From Phoronis australis (lineage: Eukaryota; Animalia; Phoronida): DNA of 64,000 nt. Below, one piece after another: positions 12,881-31,800 of this stretch. The stretch's first letter is position 1; each line of letters begins with the position of its first letter. Under the pieces are notes generated by a model. The model saw only the letters and a program-made list of their open reading frames with translations. It was not told the DNA's origin and made no database searches. The stretch is from contig NMRA01000007.1 of the NCBI GenBank assembly GCA_002633005.1, positions 1 through 64,000 on the forward strand. Direction: 5' to 3'. The position numbers and the translations under genes are program-made.

Positions 12881-15800
12881 ATGATTTTTTCTAATTCATC
12901 GGTGACGGGCGAAGTTGAGGACACCACGTATCTACTGTTCTACTATGGGACTTTGTGTGCTTTGACGTTGTTGACAATTTGCGGCAATTGTATGGTTATA
13001 ATTGTGCTGTTGAAGAAGTGGAAAACGAAACATCTGGATCAAAATGTCATGGTTAATTTAGCTGTCTCCGATCTTCTCCTGGCTGTTGTGTTCACCATAT
13101 ACAATATTAGCCATTTGGATGTACCTGCAATAACGAACAGATTGGGTAATTATTGAAGATTGATAATCTGCACTGAATTAGTGCATTAATGCGTCTGTCA
13201 TCAAAACAGTTTCAACGATTGATGACAAGGAAAATTGTTTTGAACAAGGAACCGTATTAGTTCCTAGGTTTGAACCAACAGTTTTCTAAATCAATTGCAT
13301 TCAGGTCTTTTTCAGTGCTGGTCGAACTAACTTGCGATGTCATAAAATTATTTAGTCATTTCGAATATATATAATCTTTTTACGGCAATTTAAGTGCATA
13401 ATTTACAATACGTCAATCAAAAACAAGACCATACTGTGATTAGCAAAATTTTGTTTTTTACCTCGCGATTTTGACAGCGTAAACTTGGTGTTTTTATTAC
13501 TTGGTGTGCGATGATAATTTATGCATATACATAACATTTGTGTATGTTCGTAAACGCACAGTATACCGTAAAACAGTCTAGGCTATACAAGAACATGGCC
13601 TTATAGGCGCAATAATGCATTTCCTTTAGCATGAGTCACGAGCAAATTATAAAGCTTTTGTAGACCATTGCCTTCGATACACGAGGTTTTACTATATAAC
13701 TAGGGTGCGGAATTTGTTCGCCGTTTCGTTTATTACCGGGTATGTAAATCAATTGTTTGTGATGAGACTATGATTTTTTGTTTTAGGTTACTGGCCAACA
13801 TGCAGTGCGTTGATTACTATTCTCCATGGTTGTCAATTGTCTTCTTCGTACAACTTGGTTGTGTTAGCTGCCACGCGCTATTTTGTTATCCAGAGACCAT
13901 TTCTTGGCCAGACATCAGACTTCGTTTACTATCAGCGCAAACTGCGCTTCGGGCTTGGCTTCCTTTGGCTGGTGTCTTTCGCTGTATCGTGTGCTATGTA
14001 CGCGCGAACAACTTACGGTAAAGTATATTTGTGACTAAGTGGACAGCTAAAATAATACCACTGGTTCCTTAAAAACCAGTTATCAAAAACATTATTTAAA
14101 GTTTACTTTAGAGTGAAAATTATAATCTATACCAGTGTTCGTTTAAAATGAATGGAAACTGACCCCATAATAATTAAGGCTCATGCAAGCGAGTCTTTTG
14201 CGGAAAGAAATTTCCTCAAAATATTTTCTAGAGAGGCTATAAAAGTCAGGATTTCCAAGAAATCTACCAAAAAAGACTGACGTAAACGACCCTGCTAACT
14301 CTAAATAAAAAATCTAAATTTAACAATATTGTCAGAAGGAAAAAAGTAGGCTGCTATCGATTCACATCTCTTTTCAGAAAACCCCGCCTACAACGGTGTG
14401 TGCAGAAACGAAAAAGCTTTCAACGTAGACAGAATAATCATCGTCAGTTTTACTCTGGTTATTGTCCCTTGGCTGTGTATGCTTCTTATTTATATTCGCA
14501 TCATTCAAGTCGCAAAGCAGCAGGTACAGATACCAACTGTGTAAAATAGGAATTTCCTTTTACTAACACAGTCCGAATTTCAGTCATGTTATTTCATTTG
14601 CTTTAACAACATAAGAAAATGTTTAGCTGTTGGAATTAAAAAATGCATTACCGGATGAAGTTTATCAACAAACGTCCCTAAACGCTGGGGTTCATATATG
14701 TGTGCCCACGCTCTAAGGATATCAGTCACTGGATTCATTTATCACAGATTTTTAAGGGTATACCTGTCCACAATGTGTCAGTTTGAAACGTTAGTTTCTT
14801 TATGTGAAATTTAAGAATGTCTATCATTCAGATGTCCGTAATGCCTGTCCAGTCTCCACTCACCACGCCTACTCGCACGTGCTTTAATTCAATGAAGAAG
14901 TTCTGGGACCGCGAGGTCAAGGCCGTGTGTGTCATCGCCATCCTGTTGGGATACTTCATATTCGCTTGGACACCTGTAATCGTATATGTGTTTGTTGACA
15001 TGATATGTTCCCCTGGATGTTATATCAACAGGTACCTCAGGTGAGTTGTTACTGAAATTTTCGACCCCCTTACTCATTTCGCGTCATCTGTTGTTGATAA
15101 AGGCAGTGTTTCATTTTTTTTCAGTTTTGGTCAATTTGGCACATTTGACTAAAACAAAATCTGTTTTACAAATTGACGTGTTATACTATTTGTTCTCAGT
15201 ACTGAATAAATTAGTACAGTTCGGTAGCAGCTCTTTGTTGACATAAACTTGATTAAATGGACGCTAAACCCTGTTTTGATGATTTCCATCAATCCTCGTT
15301 TTGTCACCTGTCAAACTTGAAAGTTAAACACGGAAATTAATTAAGAACTCATACTTTCTATGTCATAGATTGGACATTACGGTCCTTGTTAGGTGGTCTA
15401 TTCTCACATTCGCTAAAAGCGTACTAGATCACGCTTGCTCGTTTAGCAGACTTTGAAAAGACTTTTCACATTTTCCTCCATTTTTAGGATTGTCGAGGGT
15501 TACAGAGCATTATTTTGTTGTAGGAGAATTGGATTGGAAATTCGTTTTAGTATCTGTTAATAGAACAAAACCGGGTTCGGTATCCTTTTAAGATCACGAC
15601 TGAGAGGATACGAGAGAGTTTTGTGAAGCTTTCTGTTTTAATCAAGTAATAAATAAATGAGTACAGATTGTTGGTTTTCTGTAATTCCGCTCCTTTTGGG
15701 CCAACATAGAATTGTGGAAAAGATAACACATGAATCAAACCCCTGTTTTTCACCGTTGTCAAAGGAAATGTTCTCTGTTGTTTCAGGGCATCAGCTCGTT

Positions 15801-16072
15801 TATTGTGTCACACGAATACCGGTGTCAATATCTTCATCTACGCTCTGCGACTGCCAGAATTTAAGACATCTCTCCGTAAATGCTGTAAACTTATTTATTG
15901 TTGTGTCACAGTCAAATGCGAGTGCGAACTGCGTTCCACGGTAACACCGGATGTCACGAATCTCGCCATCAGTCAGACAGATAGTTCAAATATCGCGCCA
16001 ACATATCTGCCAACAATATCACACGGAGTCAGTAGGGTGTCCTCTGTTGTTTTGCATGAAGATTTGTTATGA
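12881..16072 (+). CDS. Class A (rhodopsin-like) G protein-coupled receptor, orphan/adenosine-aminergic-like, 378 aa
   Basis: Exons 12881-13145, 13787-14017, 14378-14523, 14832-15040, 15787-16072 (1137 nt, phases consistent). TM1 GNCMV, TM2 NLAVSDLL, TM3 Cys and TRY, TM4 W, ECL2 Cys, TM5 P...Y, TM6 KAV...FIFAWTP, TM7 NIFIY and helix 8 EFK. The exon 4 acceptor is less certain. Confidence 0.88.
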
Positions 16073-16273
16073 CTTTCCTGGTTATCTCTTCCTGCTTTTA
16101 CGGAATCCCTAAAACACATGGCGTGTGTATCACTTGGAATGTTGGACTATTTCTTATGTAATAACGAAGTTAATAAAATAACTGATAAATTTGTTGTTCA
16201 TAATGTTTTTGGATTTAGAGTTCCTTTAATGCGGCAATGAACCGTGCTTTATGTCACAAATCAAGTTTTGTTC

Positions 16274-17740
16274 TAGGCCACATACTGTTATAAAATTGGT
16301 CTTGTCTCGTTCCCCATTCAGTTTAAAAGTCATACCGTCAGAGGCCCTAAAGTCGTGATTGCCCTAAAGTCGTGAAAGATCTTATTTCCTCTTCTGCGCG
16401 GTCCTGCAACATGTGGCGTTGAATTTTCCAGCGTTCGTCTGCTTACGAACGTCAAACGAATACCCGGACGTGTTCGTATTCACAATATGATAACAAACAG
16501 TGAGTGAGTGGCTTCTTTTTTCAAATGTATCTTAAAAACAGCATATTTCNAGTTTTCAGTCTAAGTTCATCAGGTCACGACGTAACCAGAAATTTTATGA
16601 GGTTGGTCTCAAGAAATAACCAATTTCAACGGTAGTGGCCTCAATCAAAATTTGATTTTTGGCAGAATTAATAGGTTTATTGCTGCTTTAATTAGTTCAT
16701 TCGCGTTTTGTTTTAAAGAGGAGTTTTGGCCATATTTAACAAATTAAACCAAATTTTCAGTATTTTAAGATTTTTTCTTTTCGCAGTTCTCGCATTCTAG
16801 GTCTTCAATTAGTCAGTTGTTTGGTATGGTTTGGCCTCAGAAATAGGTGTGTTTTGTGTATCGATGTTTCGAAGGACAACGCGCCATGTAAGAAATTAAA
16901 ATGAACATGTTATTTCCCTAACGCACAACACAGATACAGTGTGACGCAATAATGTATGTCTTTTCCCTGTGCACAATCCGAAACATAGAAAGAGATGGAC
17001 TTATATTCTCGTTATTTGTTGTGCAGACCGTAGATTTTGAAATCTCTTTTGATTGTTAAAAATGAATAATAAAGTCATGAGCTACAAGCCGGAGTGACCA
17101 AAACACGCTTTTCGTGCAATGTCAATAAAGCAACGTGATTTTAACACAATTTTGCACTTTTTTGAAAAGTAAGCACATATTCGACGAGGAGAGGGTCAAA
17201 TCAAAAATGGTTACACAGAGTAACACTGTAGACTTTATTTCTTAGTTCTAGTTCAAGCGGATGTTAAATTTTATATCCAGAATGAAAATACTACGGAGAT
17301 TTCCCACAAAAAATAAAACGCTTTTTGAAAACGTCATTTCATCGAATAAAAGTGACTCTAAGCCCATAAAGAGTACCCAGTAATGAACTGGAAAAAGAAA
17401 TGGGCTCTTTCCGACTTTTGCTTCTGAGCTCGTCAGTCTGCAAGAGAAGTTTGACAAGTGGAGCTTTTGTTGACTAGTGACAAACTGACGGTTCTTTAAA
17501 GTAGAACTTCCGCGATTGCTTGGTCAGATTAGTTAGAAACACAATATATAGTGACGATATGAATATGAAGTAGGTTGAAAATTGCCAACTGTTTTTAAGA
17601 ATGTGCTTTGTGTCGAAAATGATCCACCGTAAATCAATCAATCGTATCCAGTAAGTATCCTGACGTGGTGTGAAGAACTACCGGTACCAGTCACTTGATC
17701 GTCTGAGGTTGATACCAATTTTATAACGGTTGGTGGTCTA
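16274..17740. mobile_element. Non-autonomous DNA element with TAG-start TIRs (Academ-like), probably nested
   Basis: TAGGCCACATACTGTTATAAAATTGGT versus ACCAATTTTATAACGGTTGGTGGTCTA. A further related end lies at about 16618-16641. No clear TSD. Confidence 0.5.
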
Positions 17741-18400
17741 AATCAAATATCACTTTCTTGTACGGGACCCTGAAAACACTCCGTGCCTCAAGTTCCCAAA
17801 CTGTACCAGAAGTGCAAAACTGACTTGACGACCCAGCAAACTTGAAATGCGTTATTTTGCTCAAGGTTTACGATCATCTGTTCAAGATGACAATCTTTCT
17901 CCGATCTCCGAACCGTAGCTTTTTACTTCTTTGAAGTAGTCTTAACTCAAAAGAGACGGCCGACTCTATCCGGCACGGGCCAGGGTAACATCCAGCAGAT
18001 CTATTTAAAATGCATTTAGTCTACTTTATGGTTTGCGTTGGTCCTCCCAGGGTTAAACGCTACAAACAAACGGTAATTTGTGTTCCTTAGGGCAGCCGAA
18101 TTTCAATACATTAGGTGATTTTGAATGAGTTCGCTAAGTAGTTAGTCTGTCGTACATAAACTTGGAATAACACTTAAAATTCAACTTGCAGGCCAATTCC
18201 CCATCTCGTGTGATTGTTTGGTCAAATTAGAAACACAACTCGCTCATATTCGGTAGTTCACATCGTCGCTATAGTCAGAGCGACGATGTGAACTACTGCT
18301 GCGGAATATGAAGTAGGTTAAAAATTGCCAAGCGTTTTTCAGAACGAGTTTTGGGTCGAAAATGATCCGCCTTAGATCACTCAACCATGTCCAGTAAGGA
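17511..18400 (+). repeat. Two diverged ~150-190-bp direct repeat copies upstream of PSMC6
   Basis: 17511-17659 and 18209-18400 share gattg.ttggtca...ttagaaacacaa...gaatatgaagtaggtt.aaaattgccaa...gtcgaaaatgatcc...tccagtaag. Confidence 0.85.
18253..18296. repeat. Perfect hairpin, 18-bp stem, 8-nt loop
   Basis: gtagttcacatcgtcgct-atagtcag-agcgacgatgtgaactac, extendable by catattc/gaatatg. Confidence 0.95.
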
Positions 18401-18739
18401 TAGTAAGATACGGGTTATGTGAGCCCCCAACGTCATTAGTGGAAAACTAAGTCACGCAGTCACCCGCCTCAGTTTTGCACTGAGAACTTGTTTTCACATT
18501 TACAAGTTGACAATGAACATCTGCACTTTTTAGCGTAAATGATATTCAAATAGCGTTGTCTTTTAGACCCTGCTATACATTAACATAATTTGGAGCATGC
18601 AAATACATCTTTAATCTCAAGATCACGTGCGTGAACTCTGGATATAGATTTCCAGTTCACTCAAGATTCTAAGTTCACGGCTTCAGATCAGATTACAAAA
18701 GCTCTGCCACCAGATGTCAGGTGTGCGCATTTAATCAAA

Positions 18740-24930
<6,191 letters not shown>

Positions 24931-25139
24931 ATGCTACGCAGATATCGACAGGGACTGGGTTCGTGGACTTGGGGTCCATTTTTCCTGATGAATTTTGCGA
25001 CTCAACAGAAAAATGTCGTGATGAAGTTGTAGAAGTGATTGCGAATGACTTTTTATCGATGACTAAGAAAGGCAGTTTTCCTCATGGTCAGCATAAAGAT
25101 GTCTAGTTCAAGCTCTGGGAGCAATAGCTAATGTTATAA

Positions 25140-25145
25140 AATAAA
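25140..25145 (+). terminator. Probable PSMC6 polyadenylation signal
   Basis: AATAAA about 210 nt after the stop codon, followed by a GT/T-rich tract (gtttggtttattttggtttcttt). Confidence 0.6.
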
Positions 25146-25170
25146 TTTTCTTAAACACTGAGTAGTTTGG

Positions 25171-25176
25171 TTTATT
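25171..25176 (-). terminator. Probable ASPP polyadenylation signal
   Basis: TTTATT on plus (AATAAA on minus). It is the first canonical signal I can see downstream of the ASPP stop at 25896. Confidence 0.45.
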
Positions 25177-25895
25177 TTGGTTTCTTTGATACAAGTACGG
25201 ATTACATTTTATGTACAAGCAACAATAGTGGCAAATGTCTCCTAGCATTTCTAAAATGCAAAAGTAATAATTAGGTATCGAAATAGTAAGTGTAAAATAA
25301 TAACGAATACAGAAGACATAACATCAGTTCAACGTCTGCTTTTGTTAATGCGTAGGCTCTGTAAACTCAAAAACTACTGAGAATGGTTGAATAGCATAAC
25401 AACAGAATAACTTGTGAAAAGAAAACCGGTAGTTATTAACTATATTAATGACAAGAATACGGGACAACATAATAGTACAATCTTATCACTTGGAATACAA
25501 AACTGCTCGTTTTGTTTCCATTTGTTCCGATCCTGTCATGTAGGGAGGTGGACTTCTAGTCTTCAAACGTAACAAGCTAATTTAACATAAAACTAAATAA
25601 ATTAAAACTTCGTAGCCAGACTAGCAAATTTTGTCTGGAACACTTCTTGTGATAACAACACACTGTGCTCTACCAAAGTACAAGCTCTGCAATATCCAAT
25701 AAACATCTACATGAAATTGTACAACTACCATAATCAGTAATCTCACAGACGTTCATGTTACCATCGAACACAAAGATGTACCATTATTCAAGGAAAACGT
25801 ACAGCATCAAATTGATCTCCATACAATCTCTCTATTGCAATTGGCCCTTACACTAGTCGCACTACACCATTTCATTATCGCTCATCAGGTAACAT

Positions 25896-28800
25896 TCATT
25901 CTGGACTGTTTAGTGCACCGTTGACTGGCTTCACCCTTGGCTGGAGCTGTGAGAATAAAATTTTTAATTGTTAACAATTAATTGTCACTTAGATGATCAA
26001 TTGTAAAGAACCGCACAACAAGTTTAATACATAATTGATACTTAGTGTTTTGTCCTTCGCAAGCTGCGTGAAGTTTGATTTTTGATGTAATGAAATAAAA
26101 ATTCCAGTCTAGAGAACCACCGCAAGTCTCAATGAAGCAGATGCTGGAACAAACTTTACATCAATATAACAGAAATACAAGTAGGTTAAAAGAGTTAGAT
26201 GGACGTGAATACAAAATTGCTATTACTTCCAAGCAACAGCAGATAAATCTAAATCCTAATGATGGATATTCTACCAGGAAAGTGACCATTAAGTGTTTTT
26301 GTTAAAATAATGGTTGGCGATCGGCCCTACAACAGCCACCAATAACTATGAGAGATGATCACTGCACGACATTTTGCAGCCATCCCATTCCTTCTGTACA
26401 TTCAATTCTACCAAGTCACTTCTAAGACCGACAATTTTACGCTCTAGAATTCTCATTCTCAGTCCATGCAAGCCTCTGTGAACAATCATCTATTGCCCAT
26501 ACACACCTTTTTGTTCAGGCTTTCTCACAGGCAGATGTGCTACTCACCCCTAGCAGATTCCTGGGAATGTAACCCTCCCTGTCCTTCCGTCTCGCCCACC
26601 ACCATTCCTTCTCTGTCTCGTCGCCTTTACGTAGTACAACAAGCTTGTCGCCTTCCTTGAAACTGATCTCATCATTGTTGTTAGCCTGGTAGTCAAACAC
26701 GCTGAACACAGCCCCACCGTTCATAATGCCCAACTTCTCTTGAATACCTGTATAAGACATGAAGTAATGCATCAAAGCTGTTGTAGTTCAAATTTAAAAA
26801 CTCTCTGGGGGGAGGAAACGGGGAATACTTCAAAACAATACCTCTTTGAACACTTTTAAGAATGTACATGAATATGTCAATCTCAATATGGCATGGAAAA
26901 CAAGTTGCAAACATTTCATGTCTTGTCAGCACACCATCTGTTGGCCAACAGATGGCGTGCTGACAAGACGTTTAAGAATGCTAACTTTTCAATGATGACC
27001 TGGGGATACTTGTAAGGGACAAGTTTACTAACTAAATAAGTCCATACTAGCTTGTAGTATCTTGTTTTTATGGAGCAATGTGTCCTAGTCCTAAATGTAC
27101 GGTAGTTCACTTATCACAGACTGGTTTATAGAGAGCATAGTCAATGATTTTTCTCTTGTGCTCTGCACGCACCTGGTGATTTTCTGTTGTAGCACAAGAC
27201 ATCTCATGCTAGAACTGGTGATCACTATGACGATGCACAGACTGGGCTGATTACTCCAAATTTGATAGTTAAGTAACAAGAGAGTTTTTCTCATAAATTA
27301 CTCTTTCTTCACAACACTGTTGCCAACAATGTTGAAGTGTGTGAGTTTTAGTTATGAAATCGAGTGACCTGCATGAACTGTATTGCGTCTTAGAAGCGAC
27401 ATACGGTGTCGCCACATGTCGCCTAATTACCCGTTATTTACGTTTTTCGTAAATGTTGTACAAGCAACAGATGTTGTCAGTCAGCCATAGCTGTAACAAG
27501 AGACTGCTGCTGTTTTTTTGGAAATAACCAGAGGGTGTCCTAAATTCCTCTATGGATTGGGGCTTTTTGAACAAATTCTTCTTGTCCTTCTATAACATAG
27601 TTTAATATGGATGCAGTACAAATCTAGCACACTCACTGTACAAGTACTCAGAGCATCCGTCAAAGCCATCCTCGTCCTCCTCACACTTCTCGGCTGCAGT
27701 CTCCTGGTCACTGATGGTGGTGGCAAAGATACAGGCACCGTGCTCCACCAGCAGCTTCACCATGGGGAGGTTGTTACAAGACGCAGCACAGTGTAAAGGT
27801 GTCCTGCAACAAGCCATTCTACAGTCGTACACATGCAGACAAGTTGGATCACTGTTATTGTAATCAAATGCCTGAATGGTAACTATCTCAGAGTCACCAA
27901 TGGACTACAGTACAGTATACATGTTCAGGGCGTTGGTATTGAAAATGTGCATTAAGCCACACGAAGACATTTATAAACAAGGTGGGAATTTAAGTAGACG
28001 ACCGATTGAACGCTTGGTGAGTTGCATATGTTACAACAGTCACATCACAAACTAGAGTCAAATAGAACATGGGCTGTGTATACACTAAGTACTGTTTAGC
28101 AGTCACAGCCTCGCAGGTAAACAAAACTGCGGACATTTTGAAGTCGAAGTTTGTGGCAGCAATCACAGACTAGGGTGCTATGATGAGAATAAAAATCCCT
28201 ACAGGAAACTGGGGGATAGACATCAAGCCAAACTGAAATATGTGCATCAGGGCATTTTCTTGGAAGACTGCAAAATGTAAATGCATATTAACCTAAATTT
28301 TGAAGAAAATACAGAATGCTCAGTCACAAAATGCCATTAATTCCAACACTGTCCACACAAACGTATCCAGTGCTTCTAAAAATGGTTCATCTCTTTTTAA
28401 CCATAAACACATCCCAAGTTTTTGTATTCATTTACACACACAAATGGTATTACAAAATGATACTCTGTTTTAAATTCTAGACCACTAGCGACCTCTATAA
28501 CAGGCAACACGTACCACCCATCACTATCGGGCGAGTTGACGTCACATCCAAACTCGACTAAGAACTTAACAATCTCATAGTGGCCAGCACAGATGGCGTT
28601 GTGTAGAGCTGTGATACCCTCGTCATTAGGCTCACTGGGGTTATCCACCTAGAAACAATTAATCACAATATAAGTGCATTTATTTATAAAGCCTTTCATG
28701 CTATTACTATCCTGACGGTTCATGCAGCAAAAACTGATGCACAATACAGTAAAAATTCTTCATTTTGGAACAGTCTCTAGAATTTGGGACACTGAAATTC

Positions 28801-31800
28801 AAGCCAAAGCTGAATTACATTGATACAGAAGATTGGACGGTTTTGAGATTCATTGTACATCTCAATATTGGACACTGCCTTTTGTATTAACAGAGACCGA
28901 AATAGACTTGGCAGTTCATAAAGAGCCCCCCCCCTAGAGGTGAATCATCATTTGTCATTGATTGTAATTCTTGAATTTGGGACGGTACATATCTATTTCT
29001 AAAATTTGGTGCAAGCTCCCACCTTGAGCAAAATAATTAATTTTTCACTGTCAAATGCAGAATTCTTATCATATCATGTATGTCATGTTAACTTTCCTGA
29101 CTAAAATGTGGTATTTATTTTTATCCCAACTGAGTCGAGCAAGCTGAGTGGAGCATGACAACATGCAGTCAGGTTAGACTTATGGTAAACAAGACTAATT
29201 AACTATAAGAGCAGTAATTTTTGTTTACACAACACCTAGTAATACACATATACAGAACATGAGCAGTAGGTACACATTCAGACAAACTGACAAGCCTCTT
29301 AAATATTCAGAAGAAAGGCAAACGGAAAGCAAAACAAACACCATCTCAGACCTATCAGTGAAATAACAAACATACCTGGGTTGCTGTTTTCTTGACTAGA
29401 TCCAGCTCTCCTTCAAGCGATGCGTCCAGCAACAAGGCCAGAGGGTCGAAACTGACACGTCGTTTTTTAGGCTTGGATGACTTTGACTTCAGATTCGTTT
29501 TACGAGCTGTCATTCTGGCCACTGGCTTTTTGCTTTCAACTGGTACCTCCTTTTCTGGAATCTTCTCAAACAGCGTCCTCCTTAGAGCACCGTTGTGATT
29601 GTTGTTGTTGTTGGCGTTGTTCTCCTGTTGGTCGCTCTGAGATTGTTGAGCTGCACGTGCCAGAGCCTTCATGGCCGAGTCGTCACTGTCTCCAGCAGAA
29701 TGCCTTCTGTGGAGAGCCTTGGGGGTGTGTGGCTTGAAGTGGGCTTTGTCGATGGGGTCGAATCCACCTGGCGGGATCGAACGTATGGGAGAACCTGCCT
29801 TCAGCGGAGACACTGGTCGATCACCGGGCGACGGTTTGGTGGGTGAAGAGGCTTTGGGAGGAAGTTTTGGTGTTGGGCTATTCTGCTGCTGAGAGAGGTC
29901 ACTAGTGGTGTCCTGCTTTTGAGACGTGTTGCTGTACAGTCGGTTCATGTTCATACGATACTGGTCCATGGCACTGGAGCCCATCTTGTTCATATAGAGG
30001 TTGGAGATGGCACTTCGCGATGCGTATCGATACGTTGACGTTGTTTTCGGTGGCGTACTGGTTGTTGAGTTCCCCATCAACATAGACAATGCAGAGTTGA
30101 CTGAAGTGACTGATGTGTCTGGTGTTGGACCAGCGCTTGTCACAGACGGTGGGTTCTTGGCACTAGGTGACGAGGCAATGGATGGACGTACTGGAGCGAC
30201 ACCTCGGGGCTCTAAAGGAGGAGGAACATCTATAGTTTTTGTTACGGGCGACGACGGAGCTGGACTAGACGCAGCAACCTGTGGCCTGGATTGAACAGTA
30301 TTGCTACTGACTGGAGTTGACTGGTAACTGTTCAGTGTCGGTGTATTATTTCCATATATGGGTGACACTTCCGGTGGTTTTGAAGACATTGGGGACCGTG
30401 GTACAGCTGGACCTGCTGACACCACGGGCTTAGTGGAGGTGGATACAGGAGCAGCCACGTGGCTGGGTCTAGCCATATCTGGAGTGCTGTGAGTGAATTG
30501 ACTGGAGGGGGCGGTGGTCGAGGGGGGATACTGTGTCAACGAAGAGTCACTGATGGCCGGAGAACTCTGACCACTACCAGCAGTGCGAGGTTCCAAGGTA
30601 CTAATGTTCAATACCCGGCCGGTGAACGCCGTACTTGACGTACTGCCAAAAGGTCGCGCCACAAAGTTGGCTAAGCTCTGGGCAACAGGCTTCACTTTGT
30701 TCTGGGTCGGGTTGTAGTTGGGAATGTTGTTGTTGTCTCCCTTTTTCAACCCGTTCACAGTAGTATCGTCTACTTTCATGTCATATATAACAGGTGCAGA
30801 CTCACCACCGGGTTTAACAGGATCGGGTTTTTTGTTTATGGTGTGAGATGGTAAACTCTGGTACTTTGGATCCTGCTTATTGGGTATAAACTCCTTCGAA
30901 TACATGTCTTCCGTAGTCTTGATTTCTTTTGGAGTAACCTTGATGTACGGCTCAACAGCGGCAATATTTGAGTTGGCTGCAGGGCGGTTCATCGGTCGCC
31001 GAGGCGGAAGGTTTTGATTGGATGACTGCTCCTGCTGCAAGGAGCGTTTCTTCCGCAGCCTCTGTTGCAGCTCCTCTATACGTCTGTCCATCAGCTGAAC
31101 TTCATTGGTTTTTTCATTATAATATTCACGTCTCTTGTTGATTTTCTCCGTTTGTTCACTATTTAGTTTATTGCGCATCTGAAATCACAACGTTCAATTA
31201 ACTTTCATAAACAGAACCAAAAACACAACTCCTTGAAATAGTTCAGATATTCATGTTAGTTACTACTTTAAGAAAACCAGACTTCATTCAACAACCCCGC
31301 ATTTCAGTGTTGGTATACTGACTAAAAATCTCTTAATACATGTCTTATGACAACAAAAATAACAATCACACCCCACTAAGACACATGACGAACAGAAACA
31401 AAGACTTTCATCCACTTATCATCTTCAACCACACCTGCCGACAACTCGATGACCTTATTACAAATTACGAAAAGAAATCAGGTACACAACAGAACTGAAG
31501 GTCCATACCATCAGTTCGTTCCTCAGCCTTTCCAGCTCCAATGCTGCCGCTGCACTGCGGGATGTGTTCAGGCCATTCATGCGACCTTTCTTCAGCTCCT
31601 CCATTTGTCGGTGCAGTTCCTCGACCTTTGCCACGGCCAATGTCAACTCCTTTTCTTTTTCGTTGAACATGGCTTTAATAGACTCCAGTTCAATAGCTGC
31701 AACCAGAAGCGACACTAAAGGTAATGTGTGAACGGTTTTCAGCCAGCACACCAACTCCATGAACAGAAGGATTACTGTAATATGGAGTGCTGTTTACCTA

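Noticed and set aside
29392-30294. Several plus-strand ORFs opposite the large ASPP exon
   Set aside because: Antisense shadows of a GC-richer Pro/Ser-rich coding exon with no domain features.
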